Positions 24,693 through 33,981 of a stretch of DNA of 58,496 bases are shown piece after piece. The notes under the pieces are model-generated. The model ran no database searches. It was not told where the DNA came from and worked only from the letters and a program-made list of their open reading frames with translations. The stretch spans positions 248,001-306,496 of the forward strand of contig JBEUKZ010000135.1 of NCBI GenBank assembly GCA_048128005.1, read 5' to 3'. Source of the DNA: Veleropilina oligotropha (lineage: Eukaryota). The translations under genes and the position numbers were made by a program. How positions within the stretch are numbered: the first letter of the stretch is position 1; each line of letters opens with the position of its first letter.

Positions 24693-25299
24693 TAGGCAGT
24701 TTCCGCACCTCAAGGACCCCCACTCTGCGATTATCTGCGGCCAGACGGGCTGTGGGAAGACGGTTTTCATGCTTGAACTGCTGAAAGGGGTCTATCGAGG
24801 GGTGTTCAGGCATATCGTGATCCTCTGCCCCACGATCAAGTTTAACAAGGCATACCAGTCCTGTCCGTGGATCTGGACTGACCCTGAGGTGTACATAATC
24901 CCCCCTGGTGAGCGACTCCATGACTGGTTGCGGGGGTTCTACCGGCTTTTTCAGGGGGAGTCGACTCTGTACATAATCGACGACTGCGCCGCCAGCAAAG
25001 CCCTCGCCAAAAAACTGGACATGCTGACTGAGCTGGCTTTTAGCGGGAGGCACGCCGCTCAGAGTGTGTGGGTGGTGACGCAGAAGTACAACTCGATCCT
25101 GAAGGAGTTTCGGGAGCAGATCCGCTTTGTCGTTTTGTTTCATTGCAAGGACCGAGATTCCTTCGAGGACTGTCTTCGCGAGAACGATGTCATTCAGTCA
25201 CAGGATGAATGGACTGCAGTGCGCCGGCTGTTGGCCGAGACCCGACACGCTAAGCTTCTGTTGAAAACTGATCAGCCCGTTGCTTATAGTGTGCTTTAG
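24664..25299 (+). CDS. A32/FtsK-HerA family genome-packaging ATPase
   Basis: Walker A GQTGCGKT, Walker B YIIDD, SGRH arginine finger, VVTQKY. Confidence 0.92.
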   Translation: MADLSPRCTSRQFPHLKDPHSAIICGQTGCGKTVFMLELLKGVYRGVFRHIVILCPTIKFNKAYQSCPWIWTDPEVYIIPPGERLHDWLRGFYRLFQGESTLYIIDDCAASKALAKKLDMLTELAFSGRHAAQSVWVVTQKYNSILKEFREQIRFVVLFHCKDRDSFEDCLRENDVIQSQDEWTAVRRLLAETRHAKLLLKTDQPVAYSVL

Positions 25300-25341
25300 C
25301 AAGCTGTAGTCTACTGAGCATCTCCTGAGCAGCTACCCAGC

Positions 25342-26087
25342 ATGTCGGACGCTGTATACATAGCTTTTGCTTTCAGCCAGAGCCTGATCTTGCTCCTACT
25401 CGCTACATTGTGGTATTGGATTTACAGTTATATTAGACCGGTGAGGCGATGCTGGAAACGCTTCAGGATGGACAGCCTCATCGATCAACTCATGGATGAC
25501 GAACAAGAAACGACCATCACCGGCCATCGCTTGACTCCCGATGGCAAGGAACCTGTCAGTAACAGTGGAGTCGCAAGTTCCGTTTGCGCGGCAAAGCGTG
25601 AGAGGCTTGCAGCCTTAGCCGTTTTGGACAGGCCCACCGATACATGGGGCGTAACCTCACAGTGGACCGGATAGACGACATGTCCGATGAAGAGGTCGAA
25701 AAGCACCATGCGAGGTATGAAGCGAAACTCGGTGCCGATGTGACGAAGACTCTGGGGACTTCAGCTATTCATCTCTACGCGGGGGCAGCTGGGATGTTCC
25801 TGCCCATTCCACCAGCAAACCAGCTACGACTGATCGCCGACCTGGAGGCCGACCCGTTCATCTCACATGCCCTGACCACTGCAAGCTGTGAGCTGTATTA
25901 TAAATGGGGCATGTACCTCGCACCGCTGACCGCAGCATTGACCACGGCTAAGCACTGCCAATTTGGACATGTTTGCCCGCCTAAGATACCAGAGCGAGAT
26001 CAAGATGACAACGCTGGAAGTGGACCAAATGATCGAGAGCCAGCCGATAGAGAGGGTGACTTCTTCGACGGACTCATCAGTGAGTAA
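25342..26087 (+). pseudogene. Viral protein (N-terminal TM segment, helical body); frameshift near 25625
   Basis: ORFs 25342-25674 and 25644-26087 join plausibly (KRERLAALAV|GQAHRYMGRNLT). Confidence 0.6.
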
Positions 26088-26496
26088 AAAGGACCCGAAG
26101 AAGGTCGCAGCAGGTCGGGCCGGTGCTGCTGCTCGAAAAGCCAAGCAGGAGAGGCTCCTTGCTGACGTTAGAAGACTCAAAGAAGACGCTCGACAAGTAT
26201 CCGTCAGCGAAGTTCCTTCAGACCTACCGGAGGCACAGCCCCAACAAAAACACAGTGGTGCCCCAGCCGAGCTGACCGCGGTCGAAAAGTCAGCTACACG
26301 GAAATCGGACCCAAAATTTAATTGGACCCAGGTAGCCGTTGCTGCCGGTACGGTTGCGTTGCTATTTGTTGTCTGGAAACGCAGCAGCAGTGGTTCCTCC
26401 ACACCACATCAACAGCCACCAGCACAGGCGAGGCAGCCCCCCACCCCAACCACCACCGAATTGAAGAATGAGCACAACCCGTTCCATATGCGATAG
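26003..26496 (+). CDS. Viral basic protein with C-terminal TM helix
   Basis: KKDPKKVAAGRAGAAARK helix; WTQVAVAAGTVALLFVVWKR; start codon uncertain (frame open from 25963). Confidence 0.7.
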
Positions 26497-26510
26497 TCTC
26501 AGTACGAGAC

Positions 26511-26750
26511 ATGACTACCCCAATCACCGATGGAAATATGCTCGGCAATGCTGTATATCACGCAGCTATAGTGTCAGGCCTTGCCATAGGCTACGCACGC
26601 CTGGGAAAAATGGCCTTCAAGGGAGCGAGCCCCAAACTTGACTTCACGGGTTACGACGTCGGGATGGTCATCCTCGACGTAGCGCTCGCCATGGCGACGA
26701 AGGACATGCTGATCAAGCAAGGCATCATTCCGGCCGACGTTTTGAAGTAG
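26511..26750 (+). CDS. Small hydrophobic viral protein (79 aa)
   Basis: Fits the tight gene packing; two hydrophobic segments. Confidence 0.75.
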   Translation: MTTPITDGNMLGNAVYHAAIVSGLAIGYARLGKMAFKGASPKLDFTGYDVGMVILDVALAMATKDMLIKQGIIPADVLK

Positions 26751-26780
26751 TGGGACCTGCTAGATAATCGCAGCATTTCA

Positions 26781-27212
26781 ATGGCTTCCATTGCGATGCT
26801 GGTTGGGGGCGCTCTCGTCAACGCCCTCGCCTTCAGCGGGTCCAACTTCCTCTTCTCGAAGCTACGCAGCTCCGGTGTTGATGAGGAGCGTAAACGCCAC
26901 GACAAAGCCGTAGAGCAGCTCAACGCCGCTCAGACTAAATGGTCCCAAAAGAGGGCAGAGCGTCTCGACTGGCTGAATGTTGAACTTCGCCGCCAGGGTC
27001 ACGCCGTTGGCACATTCCGGGATGTTGACGCCGCTATCCGTGAGTATGCATTGATCACCGGCAAGAACCTTGACCCCGGCCTGGGAGGTGGCCCTGAGCC
27101 CGCCCTGTCCGACTACTACACGCCGAGCGATGACCAAAAGGGACGTGAGATCACCTTTATCATCCTCGGGATGGCTGCGACCGGGTTGGTAGCCTACAAG
27201 CTCCTACCCTAA
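26781..27212 (+). CDS. Viral membrane protein (143 aa): hydrophobic N-terminus, coiled coil, C-terminal TM
   Basis: MASIAMLVGGALVNALAFSGSNFLF ... ITFIILGMAATGLVAYKLL. Confidence 0.8.
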   Translation: MASIAMLVGGALVNALAFSGSNFLFSKLRSSGVDEERKRHDKAVEQLNAAQTKWSQKRAERLDWLNVELRRQGHAVGTFRDVDAAIREYALITGKNLDPGLGGGPEPALSDYYTPSDDQKGREITFIILGMAATGLVAYKLLP

Positions 27213-27255
27213 TTATTTCCAGTGGACATTTTTTTCGCCGGGGGCATGTATAATA

Positions 27256-27519
27256 ATGGGGCTTCCAGGAGAGCTGTACTGCGCCATGCTTGCGGTCAGC
27301 GGGGTGGGCCTTAGTACTACGTCACTCGACTGCTGGCGGCGCAACGAAAAGACTATGGTGCGGTTCGCGGTCCTGGTGCTCTCGGGCCCGACCAACCTTC
27401 GGGCGACGACTGCGCAGCGACCGGCTCCGGAAGCTGAAGCCTGTTGGAGACTGATCAGTTTACTGGAATACATTGCTGGTCTCGATGTCAGCGAAGAGAC
27501 AGAAGCCCCTGACGGATAA
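27256..27519 (+). CDS. Viral hypothetical protein (87 aa)
   Basis: ATG after TATAATA; fills the gap before the integrase. Confidence 0.4.
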   Translation: MGLPGELYCAMLAVSGVGLSTTSLDCWRRNEKTMVRFAVLVLSGPTNLRATTAQRPAPEAEACWRLISLLEYIAGLDVSEETEAPDG

Positions 27520-28468
27520 AGAACTCGACGAAACCCTCCGCAAGTACTACTACGCAGATGGGGGGTTTCAGGGCATCTCAGCTCTGCACTCAAGGCTTCC
27601 AAAAGGCGCAGCCTCAATAAAAAGAATCTGGGCGTGGCTCTCGACACAGGAGGTTGGTTGGTACATGCAGACGAAACCCCCTAGAGAAGTCTTTGCCCGT
27701 TTCACAGAGGACAGGCCCGGTGTGATCCACCAGGCCGATCTTCTCTACCTCCCACATGACAAGGTCGGCCGTAAAACGTACAAGTACGCGTTGACCTTGG
27801 TCGACGTGGCCTCTCGCTACAAGGCGGCCAGACCACTAACATCGAAATCGGCCAGCGAGGTAGCTAAGGCGTTTGCTGACATCTACAAGACCAACCTGTC
27901 CCGCTTATCCTGGCCAAAAACGCTAATGGTGGATGACGGGCACGAATTCAAGGGGGAAGTATCCACTCTTCTAGGGAAGCACGGAGTTGATATACGACGC
28001 GCAGAGCCGGGTCATCACCGATCGCAGGCATTTGTGGAGTCGTTTAACCGTCGGCTAGCTGAACGACTCTTCAGGAAACAAGCGCATGAAGAGCTTCGCA
28101 GCGGCCGGGACAACCGCCAGTGGGTGTCCGTTCTGCCAGCTGTAGTAGCAGATATGAATGTGACGCCAACACGACTAACTGGTCTTCCTCCAGCAAAGGC
28201 AGCCAACATGTTGCAGGTTCCGCTAGTGGCGACCAAACCACCCCCCCCCCCCACACCCGAAACGGTGTTACCTATCGGCATGATGGTTTACCTCACCACA
28301 AACGAAGAAGACTCGAAAGATACCGGGCACCGTCGTGCAACGGATCCATGGTGGACACATAAGCCCTACCCGATTCGCCGTCGCGTATCGGAACCCCACC
28401 AACCCGCGCTCTACTACACGCCATTCTCAAAGCATGGGTTTACACGGTCGCAGCTGAGACCTGCCTAG
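27485..28468 (+). CDS. Retroviral-type (rve) DDE integrase, intact
   Basis: HQADL, LTLVDVASRY, VDDGHEFKG, FVESFNRRL; C-terminal RRATDPWW; no chromodomain evident. Confidence 0.93.
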   Translation: MSAKRQKPLTDKELDETLRKYYYADGGFQGISALHSRLPKGAASIKRIWAWLSTQEVGWYMQTKPPREVFARFTEDRPGVIHQADLLYLPHDKVGRKTYKYALTLVDVASRYKAARPLTSKSASEVAKAFADIYKTNLSRLSWPKTLMVDDGHEFKGEVSTLLGKHGVDIRRAEPGHHRSQAFVESFNRRLAERLFRKQAHEELRSGRDNRQWVSVLPAVVADMNVTPTRLTGLPPAKAANMLQVPLVATKPPPPPTPETVLPIGMMVYLTTNEEDSKDTGHRRATDPWWTHKPYPIRRRVSEPHQPALYYTPFSKHGFTRSQLRPA

Positions 28469-31400
28469 TGTTTGTGTCGACGATTGCAGGACAGGCATGT
28501 CAACCGGACGTTCCACGTGTAATGACCCTGACTGTCATCCAGGCGGTCGATGCTGAACGTCTGCCCGTGGCATTTTGTGTAGCCCTGGAGAAGGAGAGTA
28601 CGATGGCAGACCACACACTTCTTTTCTGCGGCGTCGATCATGTCGAGCACGTGATTGACGGTGAGCGTGTGGTGTGCTCCCGTGTAGTGGGGCCGTTGCT
28701 TTTGGTGATCCTCAACCACGTAACGCTTGAGCCTTGCGGCGATGAGCTCTCGCGAAGGTTGGGCCTGCTGATCGGTGGGAGTTATATCACCCGGAGCGTC
28801 GTCAGGCGGCAGAACCCGTACAATCTGATCCATCAACCGGGCCCGGCTCACTGCGGTGTAGACGGCGTTGCTCACCCAACCACTCAGACCGTGGTCGACG
28901 ATGTATAGGCGCCTGGGCGGTTGGATGGTCTTCCCTTGCACCCTATGCACCGTACCCCACCCCGCATATTTCCACTCAAGCGGTAGCCCTTTCTCGACTA
29001 GTCCAAGGGGGACTTTGACGATGGTCCCTCGATAGGCCGGCACGATTTCTCGACTACCTGGTATCTGTATGGGCCGACCCTGCTTGCGGTACCGGTACGA
29101 GATGCTATCGTCTGGGTCGAATCGAATATTAGCAGGAAGCTGGGGGTGTATCCTTCTGTGCTGCCGGAGCAGCTGGTTCTGGACCTGCGCACCTAGAGCG
29201 TTCGTGGAGCAGATCCAGATGTCATCGGGATTTGTGCGCTCTACAGCTTCTACGAACGGCGTTGCGGCCAACTGATCTCTGAAGACGTTGAGCTGTTGCT
29301 GGTCATTAGCGCACCACATCTGCGCCTTTACATCGTGCAAAGCCGATGTTGGCCCATGTTGACAGCGACAACAGCCACACGCCTCACACAGGCACCTATA
29401 GTCGGTGTCAAACCACCGCAGGTTCTGGTTGGGGGACGGGCCCGAGGCCCAGTCTGTTAACATGTGGTGAGGGCCTTCTTTATCGCCCCATGGCGGGATC
29501 TGCCCCATATCCCCGGCGCAGATGATTTGACACGTCCGCCGGGCGAGATACTCAAGGACGGTCATCAGGGTCTTCGTGGGAATCTTTCAACATTCGTCGA
29601 TGATGATAACTTCGGCTAGGTTGTCGAGTCGGTGTCCCAGGGCAGCAGGGTCCCAATCCTCGATCGGCTTGCCGACGGGTAGACATAGGTAGTGGTGGAT
29701 CGTCTGGACCTGTGCATTCTCTAGACCAAGTCTCGGGTTGTTGCGGTGTTCTTGGGCGATGTCGTTCTCAGGGGTAAGCACGACCAGCTTCCGGCCACGA
29801 AACGTCTTAACGGCCCACTCGGTTTTTCCACTGCCGCCTTGACCTGCGAGGTATAACCGTCGCGAGGTGGCCGCGCCGACATCGGAAGGGAACGGAGGGG
29901 CATTCAACCCATGGGGCAAGTCGAGACGACCAACATGCTCTATCGTCCAAGCAGCAGCCTCTGGGCGCCACTCATAACCCGGGGATATGTGTCGCCACTG
30001 CCCATACCTAGGCTGGTCTGGGACCAGCATATGTTCGACCGAATCGGGCAGGCTCTTGACGTATATGGCATCGGTGCAGACACTAAGGACATCCTCTCGT
30101 GGGAATCTTCGTAGCATGCGGCGGAGGGCGATATTCGTGTATGCGAGTACGAAGGCTCGGATGTGGAACCACTGCGTCCGCCGTCTTCCGTCCTTGTACT
30201 GAATGAGGTGGACATTGCCGGCCTTCTCGAAGTTCAGGAGACGGTCAGTGCCGCCGAGAACATTGGCCAAGTAGGCGGCCTCGTTTGGATCGCGGACTAG
30301 GATGCTCGACTCATCACCATGGCGAGCACACTTGCCAACGAAGCGCACGGCCAGGTCTCGTAATGGGAATTTGATAGCGGCCTTCGTGCCGACGCTGTAT
30401 ACCACTTCGCGCGCGGTGACCTCCACCAGATCACCAGAGTCAATCAAGTCTGCAAGGTCGGGGGTAGTGATCCAGCCCTGCTTCTCCCGTAGGTGCTCGC
30501 CTACGCGACCAACGGTATAGGGGTGCGTCTCTGGGCTGAATTGCCACGCAGCGAGCTGCACAGCTCCTGTCAGGGCGAGGACGTCGCTCATGGGCACACC
30601 CTCGACGTTCGCACGACGCATCATACTCGTCGGGAACCCATACTGGCGCACTAGATCTATGGATTCTCCGACCCCACCACAGTGGGAGTCTTCGCAGCCA
30701 AGGTATGCTGCGCGCATGTCGAGATGATGATGAACACTGGTGCCTGCGGCTTCGTCGTCAGAATTCCAGACCTTGGCCTCAACCTGAGCCGCTCTCCAGG
30801 TGTCCAGGTGGCTTTCTGGCGTTGGCTTGATCTCCTCGCGGGCCAACCACTTCTGGAACCGGTAAGACGTGGCGCCACCCATGGAGTGGGTAGCTCGGTG
30901 GTATTCCTCTTCAAGCTTCTTAAGCTCTTCGGGGATCTCGGAAGGATGCCAATGCGTCTCGTCCTCGAAAGCGTGGTCAATAGCCATACCCTCAGCCCTC
31001 GACCTCCACAGGGAACCATCGCTACCCACGAGAGCCTGTCCACATACCCAGACCCGGACCGTCGATGGGATGGCCCTGGTGGCAAATGCGATCAGAACCT
31101 CTCTGGTAATTTGGTCCATGGTCTTCTGGGCCGCAGTGGTCTTTGGGGCCGCAATGGTCTTCTGGGCCGCAGACGCAAGGGCCTGTTCTGCGATGTCGTC
31201 GAGACTGTACACCTGTAAGATCTTGGGTGGATCGATCGGGATGCTTGCCCATGCGTGGTTGTTATGGCACGGTATCCAAATCTTGGGCCGGCCCTTGTAT
31301 TTACCGCTGTCCCATAGAGAGTTGCCTAACGCGTCGACGGCAACAAGCTTGAATTTTAGAGCCGCTTCAAGGGAGAACATATCATCGCGTGTGCAGCCCC

Positions 31401-32058
31401 GGTCCGCAAGCTTCCGGTCGAACTGCTCCAGAATCTGTCTGCGGCTCCTCGTTAACCCGTGTCCGGCTTTCGTCAAGTTGTTCTGGAAGTGGTCCACCAC
31501 ACAGCGAACGAAGCAGTTTACAAACTCTCCGTCTTCTTGAGGGGCTAGCATTGGCCCCGGTTCTCCTTTTTGCTCCGGAAGCGGACGAAGCTCGTACCGG
31601 ATGTAGACGAGATACTCTCGCCCCTTCTCCCACGCCGCCTGGTCGATGCCGTGAAGAGCCCCGGCGCTGACCTGGTCTCCGCGAACCACCCCCTTCCCCT
31701 TAATGTGATGCTCAGAGACACCCACTTCCTCTGTCACTTGGGCAAGAGGCTCCTTGGCCGATTTCCCCACCACCGTGAACAGCTTGTACTGTGTGTCGGG
31801 GTCTAGAAGTTCCAACACCTCCGAGGCCATGCCCAGCGTCACCCGAAGATCCCTCTTTTCACACGATACCCAATACACCGCGCCTTCGTCTGTGATGTCA
31901 GGCCCCCGTACAACAGCCTGGAAGTCGAATCTACGACCATCAACAGCCTCGGTAATCTCTTTACGGACGACGTCGGCGCCCGTCTTAATATAAGCCCCAT
32001 CGGGGAACAGGACTGCGACACCGTCAACGAGAAGGGAATAATACTCATCCGAGGTCAA
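28465..32058 (-). pseudogene. Fused replication protein: vOTU-like, divergent pPolB, SF1 (RecD/Pif1-like) helicase, HNH-like; in-frame TGA at 29587-29589
   Basis: NCF (C182)...HNNH (H268); LDMRAAY, RFVGK, HIRAFVLAY, CTDAIY; GQGGSGKT, TIHH, IIIDE, GDMGQIPP, TVHRVQGKT, YTAVSRAR; CVVC..SIDRLD...GH...NV..TCLSCN. The two ORFs are in frame across the stop. Confidence 0.85.
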
Positions 32059-32486
32059 GTGATCTCTCGGAACATCCCCCCCTTCCGAGCAATAGCCCCC
32101 GCAAGGGTCTCTTTCCGAGACCGAGTCAGACCGTGCAGGTGTGGCTTGATGATTCGATCCGTGATGTTGCGAAGTGCCGTCTGTCGTAGCAAGGGCTTTT
32201 TCTCAGCCCGGGTTTCGTATTTACGGACCTTGAGAGCCACACCGACCTCGTCCTTAAGCTGCTGCAATTCGCGAGCACGACGGCCTCGTTTGTGGGGGTT
32301 CTCCACATCTGCACGGATGGAGGGGAATCTTCCCATCTTCATTGCCCGCTCGAGTCTCCTCCGAAACTCGGCCACACGGACCCCGGCCAATGCCCTGATG
32401 AGGTCGTTTCTCTTGAGCTTCGACCGATCGGGAATCCCATAATCTCTCGCTAGATTGCGTAGCTCTCTGAGGGAGACACGTACCAT
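32055..32486 (-). CDS. Basic DNA-binding protein with N-terminal HeH (Rho-N/SAP-like) motif
   Basis: SLRELRNLARDYGIPDRSKLKRNDLIRAL; very R/K-rich. Confidence 0.75.
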   Translation of the reverse strand: MVRVSLRELRNLARDYGIPDRSKLKRNDLIRALAGVRVAEFRRRLERAMKMGRFPSIRADVENPHKRGRRARELQQLKDEVGVALKVRKYETRAEKKPLLRQTALRNITDRIIKPHLHGLTRSRKETLAGAIARKGGMFREIT

Positions 32487-32537
32487 CTCTATATATGTCG
32501 GGTATACACTGGGACAGCCACTCCTCTAATAGGAAAT

Positions 32538-32813
32538 TTACGTGTGGTAAATTGCAGCCATGCGGAGAAACTCTCTCTCGAAGGTCCTTTTCTTCCGTTT
32601 CCAGTCCACAGCGTTCTTAATCTTATACCCACAGCCCTTACACAACGTAAACCGGTTGAAGACGCCTTTGCCGCATTTGATGAAGGGCTTTGTGCCCCGG
32701 CCATTTCGCCGTTGCCGAGCCAGGTGTACTTTGCAAAATTCTCTCAGGCATCGTTTACCACAAAGCTCCGTGGAGCTGATGGTGAGCCATTGACAGGTGT
32801 CCGTGCCCCACAT
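32538..32813 (-). CDS. Small Cys/His zinc-finger-like viral protein
   Basis: CQW...LCGKRC...FCKVH...KCGKG...LCKGCGY. Confidence 0.65.
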   Translation of the reverse strand: MWGTDTCQWLTISSTELCGKRCLREFCKVHLARQRRNGRGTKPFIKCGKGVFNRFTLCKGCGYKIKNAVDWKRKKRTFEREFLRMAAIYHT

Positions 32814-32887
32814 GGTTATAACGGATATCATTGCATATACCAGTCTCTAATAGAGATTATGACACTAAGATATCGAGCCCGGTGCAC

Positions 32888-33125
32888 GGCGAGGGTAGTG
32901 GGCCGCTGTACACACAGTGACTTTTGTAATACAATCCCTACCCTCGGGTCTGAAATAGGGCTGGGAGCCCCCACCCCCGGGCCCCCGGACCCCACCCTAA
33001 CTTCCTCTGAAATGCCCTAGGGGTATATATTACGAGCCCCATCAGTTCGGAAATAGGGCTGGGAGCCTCCCCAGTCGCCCCGGCCCGCCCCCCTAACCGA
33101 GTTCAAAACGCCCTAGTCCCCCCCC
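32888..33125 (-). repeat. Virus right TIR
   Basis: Inverted match to 17744-17977. Confidence 0.93.
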
Positions 33126-33981
33126 TCTTAGTTCAGATGACGCCGTCTCACCATACTCTCAAAATACAATTTTCAATTTTAAATTTCTACTCTCTCTGTG
33201 ATGCAAAAAGTCTTCAATTGCTTCTCTATGGTGATGCAGAGTTGCAGCCCCTTCCGGATACTGTTTACACGTCATAGCTATTTCATGTTCATTTCTGCTT
33301 ATCTATATTTAGGATAGGGGTCGTTTCGACCCCTATCCCCACAGCTTCTTTTTCAAATTCACTATAAACATCACTTAACTCATCCATCATTTAATGTTAC
33401 CAAATTTGTTTTATTATGTTGCATATATCATATAATATAGACTATTGAACCAATGCAATATTCGCACAATTCATAGCCATGCTATCAGTTCACAACACTA
33501 ATTAGGCCTGTGCGTTGGGATACCTACTACCATATATGACCTAATATGGTTATAGCTCTGTAAGACTGCAGAAATTGACCAGCAGAATTTTACTTAAGAC
33601 TTTATAAGCGATAGTCAGCTCACCTTCATGCAATTCTTAAACAAAACAGCTGCCATTTTTACGATGATTATGCTGTTCACAGCCAATTTGCAAAATGATT
33701 GCAAGAAATTGCGCCGGTGTAATTTGACAATCTTCATATTTTCATCCACATCATCTATATCAAATGCAACACATATTTAAATCATGACAAAAGTCGTTAT
33801 TCATATAACATAAAATGTAAAGTGATCCACACAAAAATATATAAACATAATAGGACCAATGTGCAAAATACAAATCTGTACATTCTTCAAACTGTTGTTG
33901 CACGTCATAAACACATGACAAACATTGTATGTACTTTTAAATGTATCTTTTGCACAGTAGAACCTGGGACCAGTATACAAA

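Larger units (their letters stand above)
17744..33125. mobile_element. Complete endogenous Polinton/Maverick-like virus (~15.4 kb)
   Basis: TIRs; TSD TCTTAG at 17738-17743 and 33126-33131 (or 5-bp TCTTA); sharp GC rise; MCP, minor capsid, packaging ATPase, rve integrase and PolB-helicase genes. Confidence 0.95.

Noticed and set aside
17744..33125. Bacterial or phage contamination
   Set aside because: TSD, rejoinable host flanks, rve integrase and Polinton-type genes indicate genuine integration.
33514..33526. Partner TIR for the CACTG end (matches 15556-15568)
   Set aside because: Only 13 bp match and it does not extend to a CAGTG terminus.
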